Source of the DNA: Selaginella moellendorffii
Lineage: Eukaryota; Plantae; Lycopodiophyta
Length of the DNA stretch: 64,000 nucleotides
Direction of reading: 5' to 3'
Assembly: GCF_000143415.4 (NCBI RefSeq)
Contig: NW_003314268.1
Span: 832,336-896,335, forward strand
Shown: piece by piece, positions 11,901 through 22,100 of the stretch
Position numbering within the stretch: the first letter of the stretch is position 1
How the letters are laid out: each line of letters opens with the position of its first letter
Translations under genes and position numbers: made by a program
Notes under the pieces: generated by a model
The model's database searches: none
Told to the model about the DNA's origin: nothing
The model's input: only the letters and a program-made list of their open reading frames with translations

Positions 11901-13945
11901 ATTGTTGATATTGAGACTTGAGTGAAATGAGCTATCCTTCTAAGGATTGATATTGAGTTTCATTAGTCTTGATGAATATAGTGTTGATGATTTGGCTATA
12001 GATTTATGTTGTTGGCATTCGTACATTTGCTAGTTAGCAACTGTGTTGACGTTCAAACAAACTGAGTGGCAAGTTGAGTTAGTAGTGTTCTAGACGAGAT
12101 TATTTAGTAGAGGATTGAGCTTTAGCTTTTCCTTGAAAGGTGATTTAGTCGTGGACAATGCTACCTCTATGAGAGGAAGAGTTAGTGATTGGCATTGAAG
12201 TGATTAAATCCTTCTTGGATTTCAATTGAGATATATCAATCATTAATGATTTTTCTTGTGCTTGTTATGAAGTGAGTTACGTCTTGCTATAGATGGATTC
12301 ATGGAGGATCATTTAGTGATCACTTGTTGAGCATAGCTCCATTGTGCTTAGCTTTTGGATTGATGCAGAAATGCTCTTCATTAGCTTTGGCATTATGAAG
12401 TTTGGCTTATGAATGTGTTGAAGAAGACATTGTGGGTTGCACCATGATTTCTTCTTTAGCATTGAAGTTAGCTTCTATGAGACTCGTGATCATTATTAAG
12501 CAAGACTTAGCTATAGGCTTCTTCGAGCTTTGGTTCTTTGAGTTTTATGCTCATTGTTCCATTTGTTAAAAGTTGTTGGGGAAGGCATTTTTTTGGCTCT
12601 TTAGCTTTGATGTTGAAGTTAGTATTTGCATCTAGCAATCATTGGTGATGATTGACTATCATCTAGGATAATTGATTATCCATGTCAAAAAGTTTTGCTT
12701 GATTATTGTTGGTATAGAATGGTTTGCCGTTCTTCGGGATGGTGGATTCCTTCTTAAACGATGATTATGCATCTCTTTATTGATGGAATGATTGATGATC
12801 TTTCATGATGGTTAGTTGTTCTCTTTGATAGCTTATGCCTTTTCGCAATACCACATATTCTTTGTGGTTTGCCTGGATTGGTCTCTTGGGTTTGAGACGT
12901 CAGTAGGATGTTGCTGACACTTGCTTAGACAACTTGAGTTCCTTGGTATTGTTGCTGGGATCTATTCAGATTGGCTTTTGTGATAGTTGGCAGGAATGAG
13001 TGCTTGTTGGTCTTACCACATTCATTTTCTTCTATTGATTGTTGCTCGAGTTAGTTTTGATAGATTTGGATGTTATTTCCTTTAGGTGATACATTCGCGA
13101 GCATTGTGCTTGTTAGTCAATGATACTTTGTGTTCTTTGAGTTCTCTCTAGTAAGTTGTTGGCTTACTGTCTACTATCTTCGGTAGTTAAGTTTCATCAT
13201 TGAGTTTCCTTAATGATATACTAGCTATTGAATTTTGTTGGATGGTCATTCCTGTGTTTGCCAAATTATGATAATCTGTTGGTGGTTCCTATCTACAATA
13301 CTACTGGTTTATCGGATGATAACTTGCTTAGAATACTTTTGTGTTCTACTCTAAGATATAATCACTAGTAATTAAGCTTCTTAGATATCATTGTTTATGA
13401 CTTTGATATAGTCCCTATATATTGATCTTTGAGTTTGGGCCAGTATAGGTAGACTGGCTTCGGCACTTCGTGTGCATGTTGAAATCTCTAGTCATGGGGT
13501 AGCTACTGTCGACTGGTCACATCACCCGCCTCTTTGTCGATGTTCCTTATTTTGTTGAAAGGGCGTGACCGTGTAAACAACTCTAACTGCCTGTTTACAG
13601 TAGTCTATCTAAACCTTACCGACGGGTTTGGTTTCTTTGCTCAGGAGGGTTGGGGCCTCTGGCTTCTCTCTCTATGTCCCTGCGGGCAGGGCGTATCACA
13701 CTTTTGTAAGCTGGGTGACTCCCAGAGCAGCAGGGGTGGCTGACTCCGTTGGTCATTTCCTTGTCGGCGACGGCCGGAAGGTGTCTGAGCTGGTAGCGCA
13801 TCCGCGTTAGACAAAGAGGTTCCCCCTAACTCATTTAAGTTGGTGCATTTCTCACATAGTGTGAGTACCGCGAACTTTTTATGGAGTTGTTTCCTTGGCG
13901 GTATTCTAGACTCGAGTATGCATCGACGAGGACGTTGATCTTCCC

Positions 13946-13958
13946 AAGGGGGGGAGAG
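13946..13958 (+). promoter_or_regulatory. Polypurine tract
   Basis: AAGGGGGGGAGAG immediately before the 3' LTR. Confidence 0.9.
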
Positions 13959-15108
13959 TGTCGCGCATGTGACTTCGGGTATCGAAAGTTACCTATCGGC
14001 TAGTCCTTACGGACACTCTTACCTTACTGCCACGATGGCAGGAGGTCGGTATTGCTAGACCCGTTATCAGTTTCCACCTAAGCTAGTTGAGAAACTGGTC
14101 ATCACATGTGCACTTAGACCGGAAGGGCACTAAGGAAGGAAATCCTAAGTTGTCATTTAGTCAAGCAGACTTGACACGGTGATGAGAAACTCATGATGTT
14201 GGCTTGCACTTGCTAGTGTTAGGAACCCCCGCGATATTGAGATTGGTCCCTCAATATTCGCTAGATGATAGCTTACCGTGTCTGCCAAACACCCTCGCTA
14301 TCATGCCCTTTGTGTTAGTCTCATTTTAGTCCCAAATGCTATTTATGGAAAGTGTCCAGATTTGCTCATTTGGCATATCTACAGAATGTAGAGATCGGCC
14401 TGAACACAATGGTGTTCGTCCCGTGTCCAAATTCGCATTCTAAGGACATTCCATATTTAGTAAGTTTCGAGCTTGTCCCAGAGACTAACTCCTGGTACTA
14501 AGGGAGGCTTGGGGTGAAAGCCCAAAGCGTGTGTTCCTCAAGGGGGGGGGGCTATGGGGGGTTCCAAATGTATAGTAGGGATAGTGGGTAGGTCGGGCAT
14601 GGCCGACCAACCTGAGGCATAGTCTAGCTCCCGCTTGCGTGCCTGTCCTTGTTCTGCGTCCGGCTTGGGTCTAAGCCCAAGTTCCATTCCATGTTAGCTG
14701 GTGGAGTACCCATATCCTCACGTTAGGCCACCGGTATGCTGAAATAGCGCCAGACTCCGTTTGGCTCCGTTTTGCGTGCTGGTCCTGGCATTGGTATGCT
14801 GGTTGCTCCAGGACTGTTCCAAGTCGCTCCGGGCTCTTGTCCCTTCGCTCCTTGGGCTATATGCTTAGGAGTTGCTCCGTGGTCCGGTTCCATCACTCCT
14901 TGGCGTCACGCTTGGGAGTTTGGCACCGTTCGTTCGTTCAGTGGCTCAAGGCCCTGAACCTTGGGTTCCTATGGACACGTGGCATGGACACGTGGCATGT
15001 GACACATGGCATCTGTCACGTGGCACAAAGAGGGTTTAGGTTCCGCTTCGTGGTGTTATCCTATGGTAAATCACCATAGGATAAAGGGTCAAAACCACGT
15101 GCGCTACA
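13959..15108 (+). repeat. Family A 3' LTR
   Basis: Near-identical direct repeat of 7821-8970. Confidence 0.95.
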
Positions 15109-15612
15109 CTTTTCCAGTTGGTTTAAGGGGAGAAAGATAGTGTGGTATCGGAGCAAATGGCATGGGTTCAAATCCTATTAATTAGTGGTTACTTAAAAAT
15201 ATAATATACCCTTGAGCAACATATATTCCTACTCCTAAATTTGAAATCGTACGTATCGGGCATCCATGCGTACATCCTTCCTTTTAGTAGAGTATCCATG
15301 AACGAAGGTATCCACTGTGGGACTGCGGTATGAGTGGATGACTAGTTGCCTTAAATGGAATAGCTGGTTTACACAATGAAAGGATTGGTAAATTCAATAT
15401 GGAAATAGAAGTGTTGCTAATTCAATATGGAAATAGCATGATCTAACATTGCTAATAGAGTTGAGTTTACTTTACCGATTGCTATAAGTTGATAATATTA
15501 GGACTTGGGATTAATATTTGATGACCATTCTTGCACTACTTGGAGCAAAGTTTGTTAAACACTTCTGCCACATATAAATGAGATAATAGTAATGTTATGT
15601 GGAGTATAAAGT

Positions 15613-16760
15613 TGTCACGAATGTGACTTTGGGTATCGAAAGTTACTTGTCGGCTAGTCCTTATGGACACAATTTCCTTACTGCCACGATAGCAGGAGGT
15701 TAGTATTGTTGGACTTGTTATCAGTTCCCACTTGGGCTAATTGAGAAATTGGTCAATAACCATGCACTTAGATTAGATAAATATAAAGTAGGAACCCCTA
15801 TGTGTTTCTTGCTAAGCATACTCGGCCTAGTTTGAGAAATTTATGTTAGTGGCTTGTACTTGCTAGTATTAAGAACCCGCGCAATATTGAGTTTGGTCCC
15901 TCAATATTGTTAAATGATAGCTTATCGTGTCTGCCAAACACCCTTGCTATCATACCTTTTGTGTTAGTCTTATTTTGGTCCCAAATGCTATTTATAGAAA
16001 GTGTCTAAATTTACTTATTTGGCATATCTACGGAATGTAGAGATTCTCATGAACACAATGATGTTCGTCTCGTGTCCAAATTTGCAATCTAAGAACATTC
16101 CATATTTAGTAAGTTTCAAGCTTGTTCTAGAGACTAACTTCTGGTACTAAAGGAGGCTTGGGGTGAAAGCCCAAAGCATGTGTTCCTCAAAGGGGGGGGA
16201 AGGAAGCTATTGGGGGTTCCAAATGTATAGTAGGGATAGTGGGTAGGTCTTGCATAGCCGATCAACTTGAGGAATAGTTTAATTCCTACTTACATGCTTG
16301 TTTTTGTTTTGCATTTGGCTTAGGTCTAAGCCCAAGTTCCACACCATGCTAGCTGGTGAAGTACCCATGTCTTTATATTAGGCCACCAGTATGCCAAAAT
16401 AGCACTAGACTCTGTTTGGCTCCGTTTTGCATGCTGATCCTGTCATTAGGATGTTGGTTGCTCTAGGACTGTTCCAAGTCATTCTAGGCTCCTGTCCCTT
16501 CACTCCTTGGGCTATATGCTTAGGAGTTGCTTTGTGGTCCAGTTCTGTCACTCAGCTCCATGCTTGGGAGTTTGGGATTTGTTCCTTTGTTTAGTGGCAT
16601 AAGGCCTTGAACCTCAAGTTCCACACCACTGTCCTTTGGACACGTGGTATGTGACACATGGCATATGACACATGGCACATGGAGGGTTTAGGTTCTGCTT
16701 CATAGTGTTATCCTATAGTAAATCACCATAGGATAGGAGGTAAAAACCAAGTGCGCTACA
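15613..16760 (+). mobile_element. Family A solo LTR
   Basis: TGTCACGAATGTG...GTGCGCTACA with a perfect AAAGT TSD on both sides; many C>T and G>A transitions relative to the young copies. Confidence 0.92.
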
Positions 16761-16899
16761 AAAGTGGATGATTGGTATTTGTTTATTTTCCCAATTTTAT
16801 AGTGTATAATTTACCTAATGGGCTCTTTGCTTAGTAGAAAGGATTGTATCAAGTGTTGTGGCAAGTTAGATTCCAAATTTATGATCATCACCAATTTAT

Positions 16900-17200
16900 G
16901 TCATCATTGTGGTGAACTTGGATAACTAAGGATATATCACATTTTCACATGTGTTTATCATCCTCAAATGAATGATTCGGTGAAATAGCTAATTGGACCT
17001 TTAAAAGGATGATCACAATGTATAAGAATTTTTAATATTAAGATTAGGATTGTTATTTTTCATGTCTTCAATATGTGTATATCATAGGGGTATAGGGTGT
17101 TTTACCATATAAAGTATTATATATGGTCATAATCTAACATTACCAATAGAGTTGAGTTTACTTTTACAATTGCTATGAGTTGCTAGGACCTGGGATTAAT
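16900..17200 (+). pseudogene. Degenerate integrase remnant
   Basis: FTCVYHPQMN..EIANWTFKRMI resembles TxYHPQTNGxxERxNRTLKxML. Part is repeated at ~15440-15520. Confidence 0.45.
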
Positions 17201-17282
17201 ATGTTGGGAAGCTAGACAATTTGCATCCCTCATAAAGCATTGTTTGTAATACATAGAAATACCGTTCTTCTTTATTCAGAAT

Positions 17283-17524
17283 TCAAGATTGCTTCTTTAG
17301 TGGGATATGGTTGAAATCAAATATCTCCTTGAGACCGAAAATAAGTTTCTCTGCATCTTGATCTCCATCTGATGACGATTCTTCCACCATATAAGCAACA
17401 GCATCATCCCTAACATTGTCCTCGATCTCCACATGCTCTCCATCACTAAAAACAGCTTCTCCTCCTTCCTCTGAACCACCTAAGCTTGACGATGAACTCA
17501 GAATGGACTCATAGGACGTTGTAT
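17283..17524 (-). pseudogene. Possible acidic terminal exon of a minus-strand gene remnant
   Basis: A TTTTTTAG acceptor precedes an Asp/Glu/Ser-rich open frame ending in TGA; a candidate GTAAGT donor lies near 17720. Confidence 0.3.
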
Positions 17525-17879
17525 CTAAAAAAGAACAAATAAAAAGTTTTGTGTCTGCTAAATTCAATGTCATACAACAGTTTCAAAAAGCAAATTGGTG
17601 GCAGAAGTATGTGTGCTTGGTAACAAGATGCAGCTCAACAGCAAACATGACCAAAATTGACTTGCATTTTCCTGCATGACGTAAAGCATAAGCTTTAAGG
17701 AGAATGATAGAGAGCACTTACCTTGTGAATTCAATGCTCTTGAAGTTTTGTCATGTCAGGAAGTTTGCATGTTAAGAATGGCACATCTAGGGTAAGCATC
17801 TAAACATTCACCAACAAAGAAAGCACATAAAGACTGTACTTACTATAGCTACCATCTCGTTTCTTTGTTTTCTTCTGGA

Positions 17880-18030
17880 AAGTTTACTGAGGTCAGATGG
17901 TATCTGGTAGCTGGTTTGATCAGCACTCTCAAGCTGGAAGCATTAGAAACCAGCTCCAGGGACTTGTTCCAGACTCAAGTCTAGATATTGAGAGATGAGA
18001 GTGTGTAAACATCTTCTGGGATGCAGCCTG
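17880..18030 (-). pseudogene. Leucine-rich-repeat gene fragment
   Basis: Counterpart of 63055-63207 (LSSLKYLDVSRNQLQGLVP), disrupted by a 28-bp inversion. Confidence 0.55.
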
Positions 18031-18169
18031 TGAGCTGGTTCCAGCGTGTCTGAGTTTCAAGAGCCAGGGCGCTGCCTAAGTCACTGCCGAGAAATGTAAA
18101 CGAACGCATTAAAGTGAAATAGATTTAGTAAGGGTTAGGGCATTAAAGGCATTTTGCAAAGGGCAAGCT

Positions 18170-19924
18170 ATGGCGCGAACAGAGCAGGAGCGCAGTGGAT
18201 GCGTCACAGGTTTGTGGTCTCTCTTTCGACCAAAAAAGGCGCACAAGGGCGACAACAAGGTTCACCCGGAAGCCATGGACGCGGTGGCCTCGAAGCTGAA
18301 GGTCCAAGATCGTGTCTGTGAGGCCGTCTCGGGAGAAGCCATGGACGCCGCCGCCTTGAAGTTGAAGGAACTCAGGCACGAGGTGAAAATCGTCTTAGAA
18401 GCGATACGACAGGAGCGAGGGCACAAGGAGCCGATCAAGCCGATCAAGCCGATCAAACCGGAACAAGAGGAGGAGGACGAAGAGGAGAATCAAGAGAAGA
18501 AAGCGGAGCAGCTGAAGGAAGAGAAGAAAGCCGAGCAGGTGAACGAGGAGGAGAAAGAAGCCGATCAGATGAAGCCGATGAAGCTGGAAGAAGAGGAGGA
18601 AAAGGAAGCCGAGAAGCAGCTGAAGGAGGAGGAGCAAGAGAAGAAAGCTGAGCAGCTGAGCGAGGAGGAGCAGGAGAAAGAAGCCCATGAGACGAAGGAA
18701 CTCAGGCGCGAGGTGAAACAGGAGCAAGGTCACAAGGAGCAGCCGCAGCTGGAACGAGAGGAGAAGAATCAGCCGAATCAGCCGATCAAGCCGATCAAGC
18801 CGATGAAGCAAGAGCAGGAACAGGAGGGGGAGCAGCGGATGAAGCTGATGAAGCAGCAGCTGGAACAAGAGGAGGAGCAGATGATCAAGCCGATCAAGCA
18901 GCAGCTGGAACAAGAGGAGGAGCAGATGATCAAGCCGATCAAGCAGCCTCTGGAACGGGAAGACGATCAAGAGAAGATGAAGCAGCAGGAGAATGACAAG
19001 CCCAAGCAGGAGGAACAGCGACCCAAGCCAATTCTACTGCCAGCCGGGGGTCGTCGTCCAGGTATGGTTCCTTTTGCTTCTCGCATTCTTCTTCTACTGT
19101 GACTCACGATGGCCTTCTGGACTTGCAGGTTCCAGGCCGAAGATGGTTCGCTTCTCTTCCTCAGCGGAGGACATTCTTCCCGACGGCACCCGACGGTGGA
19201 GTGAAACCCATCTTAGCGATGGCCGAGGGGGCTATGTTGAGTTCGCGTATCTCGAAGCTTTCCACAAGGCAAACCGGTGGCTAAACCAGAGGGGAAAAAC
19301 CGAGAAGAAGATCCGCAGCTTGGAAGAGGAAAAGCGCGAGGAAACAGAAGAGGAGAAGCACGAGGAAAAGTCTTGGAGTGTTAGCGCGCTCCGGATTCTG
19401 ATCAGACTCACCGAGCAGCTTTACGAGGAGCTCAACGGCAAATCCAGCGACCGAGAGAGGATCAAGCGAGCGCGGAAGATGATGAGGCTCCAGAAAATGC
19501 TGGATAGGATCCCGAGTGAGAGGAAACCGTGGAAGAAGCTTCAGTCCGGCGAGGTGGTCTTCGTGAAGGAGGCAAAAGAACTATATGATCGTGCGGGGAG
19601 AGATTTTGTTGCCGAATTCAAGAGGAGACAGGTAAGTTTGATATACCTTCCAGATTCCAGATGGCCGTTTGCTAATAACTTCCGTGTTTGTTGTAGAGAG
19701 CTGAAGTGAACGATGAGTGTTTGTTTTGTCGGAACCATGATGGCGAGAAGATGATCGGCCGGGCTGGAGCGAACTCTAAGACGACTAGACCCTGGGTTTA
19801 CCTGAGAAGAGAACACGAGCAAACTGTTCTAAGCACGTCGAAGAAACGAGAAATGAAGTTGGCTCCGAGCTCGAGAAGTTGGCTGCAACGATTGGTCAAC
19901 TGGAGGCCAGTGCTCGGACTCTAG
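18170..19924 (+). CDS. Uncharacterised Glu/Gln/Lys-rich KPI-repeat protein, 3 exons, 540 aa (copy 1)
   Basis: Exons 18170-19061, 19129-19631 and 19697-19924. Introns GTATGG..TTGCAG (67 bp) and GTAAGT..TTGTAG (65 bp) join three separately called ORFs exactly in frame. Confidence 0.75.
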
Positions 19925-20979
19925 CATCGGAGAAGCCAACTCTCAAGAGTCAAATCCAGAAGTTGGATCTCCAAGCAAGTTGAGCAGCACAGGAGGAGGC
20001 CACTAAAGCTATAGACCAGTTAAGTCGAGAGAAGATCGACCTTCTCGAGGACTCGACTCCAAAGATTTGCAACTGTCCAAGACGTGAAAGCAGTGCGTGA
20101 CAACCGTGTCTCAGGGCTCCAGGCGGAGAAGTCCATCACACTTCAGGCGTCTAAACAGGCCAGCGACCAGCCTCCACACTCTTCTAAGTCAAGAGAAGAT
20201 CAATGGATCAAGTTTGACTACACTCTACAGTGTCTGGAGCAAGGAGGGATCTATCTTATCAGCTTTCCAGTCGACGGAGATGAGACAGGAGATACTGCTG
20301 CGGTATAATGTTCACAGCTTGAAGGAATAGTAGCAAGGGAACGACTGCAACGAGATGGTGATAGCGAGAATATGATATAGCTGAAGCTGCTCGTGACGGT
20401 GGGGGTATTCGGATTCACAGAGAGGGCTGCAGAGACTATAAGACAGACTACACTCGACGTTCTCTGTCATCTGGTAGAGCTCTCTAGTTGACGGAGACTT
20501 TGAAAACGGGTCAGGGCTGTCCAGGAATGCTCGTACAGCTGCTCGGATGAAAGTATCAGCAAAGAACTCAGTGTCAGATTGCTTCAAGGGAAATCAAATC
20601 CAAAAGTTGGAGCGGGAAAACTCGGAGCTGTGGCCAAATATCCAAGCAAGTCGAGCACCACAGTAGCAGGTCACTAAAGCGTCAAGTCTGAGCTAAAGAC
20701 CAGTCTCCACACTCTAAGTCGAGGGAAGATCAACGACTGGAATTGAAAGTTTCGGAAGATGGTGGCCGAGATGGAGAGTCGAAAGCGAGGCTCCAGGTGG
20801 AGCAGTCGGCTGGAAGTGCAGCAGAGTCCATCAAACTTCGGCATCTAAACAGGCTAGCCCGCCTCCACACTCTTCTAAGTCAAGAGAAGATCAATGGATC
20901 AAGTTGGGCTACACTCTACAGTGTCTGGAGCAAGGAGGGATCTATCTTATCGGCTTTCCAGTGGACGGAGATGATTCAG

Positions 20980-22100
20980 GAGCGCCTGCTGCGGTAAGGC
21001 TGTCCATGATAGTAGCGAGGAACGACGTAAACCAGTGTCAGATGGCTGCAAGATGGCGAGAAGACAATATAGCTGAAGCTGCTCGTGACTGGGGTTTCGG
21101 ATGGCTGCAGAGACTATAAGACAGACTACGCTAGACGTTCTCTGTCATCTGGTGGAATGAGGGAAGTGTTCAGACAGGAGTTCTTGAAGGAGAAGCCCCA
21201 GGGGATAATGGCTGACGGAGTCGAATCCGCTGCACGAGGTGGAGCTCTCGGCGAGAGCACGTGATGGCGGAGTTTGGAAGCGCAAAGGCGAGGCTGGAGA
21301 AGCAAGTAACTGGCAGCTGATGGAGAGGATCACGGGACTCGAGGCGCTGGAGGAGAGAGAGACGTGCCAGATGCAAAGCAAAGCTTTGGGCGAGGAGCTC
21401 TGAAGGATGAAGAAGACAAGCCGAGGAGAACCGATGTGAGAGCAGAGGTTTGACGGATCAGATGGACGCTACATGCGACAAGAAGGAGCATCTGGCTTCG
21501 CAGGAAGCTGTGTTTTTGCATGCTTCCGCTCAAGCTTCTCAGCACGATCAAGGCCTGAAGTGGCGGAAGCATTCCCTAACTGCCAGAGGTTCTAAGCACG
21601 TCGAAGAAACGAGAATGGAAGTTCAAGAAGTAACCAGCTCTCGAGAGTCAAATACAGAACAGAGGTGCAAGCCAAGTACTGACAGCTCGAGCAGCGCAGG
21701 GAAGCAGTAGCAAGCCTCCAAAGCGCCAGAGACCAGTCTCCACACTTCTAAGTCAAGAGAAGATCAACCTCTTCGAGGAGATATCCTCCCTCGACTCCAA
21801 AGTTTCGGAGATATCTTGATCAATCGGGAGATAGCAGATAATTTTGTCAAGATCTGGGCTTCTCAAGCGGAGCTCGCCGAGACAGTGGCCGAGATCGGAG
21901 CAGTCAGCCAGCCGAGTGGAGAAGAGTCCATCAAACGTTGGCGTGAGAACAGCGAGATGAAGGAGAAGATGAGATGCCAAGACGGATCAAAGACAAAGCT
22001 CTCTAGTTGACGGAAACGGGACGAGAGCTTCAATGCTTTCCAGGATCACTCTTACAAGTGCTTGGATGATAGAAGATGATGATGGCAAGATGATCTCAAA
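20980..22100 (+). pseudogene. Fragmented coding remnant, possibly of the plant BTB/POZ At1g63850/At5g60050-type C-terminal domain
   Basis: Peptides ILINREIADNFVKIWASQAEL and GFGWLQR resemble that family's motifs as recalled; order is scrambled, with many stops. Confidence 0.35.

Larger units (their letters stand above)
7821..15108 (+). mobile_element. Full-length non-autonomous LTR retrotransposon (LARD-like), family A
   Basis: Two 1150-bp LTRs differing at about 7 positions, TG..CA ends, perfect CTTTT TSD (7816-7820/15109-15113), PBS and PPT. The 5-kb interior has no ORF of 80 aa or more. Confidence 0.95.
7709..15410 (+). mobile_element. TRIM copy split by the family A element (7709-7820 and 15109-~15410)
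   Basis: Both pieces match the reverse complement of 41899-43052: LTR start TGTAGTGCATGTGATC, PBS TGGTATCGGAGC at ~15143, and internal hairpins. The 3' end is missing. Confidence 0.8.

Noticed and set aside
13403-13414. Group I intron S-like GATATAGTCC
   Set aside because: No P, Q or R elements nearby; expected by chance in AT-rich DNA.
13608-13618. Telomerase RNA template-like CTAAACCTT in the structured island
   Set aside because: It mismatches CTAAACCCT, lacks a recognisable plant TR pseudoknot or USE/TATA promoter, and lies inside a multicopy TE.
18128-18141. Telomere-like or telo-box AGGGTTAGGG upstream of the KPI gene ATG
   Set aside because: Less than two repeat units and not a canonical AAACCCTA telo-box.
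18395-18970. Leu-rich antisense ORFs (also 30243-30782 and 61559-62098)
   Set aside because: They are shadows of GAG/CAG/AAG-rich sense codons, with no independent evidence.
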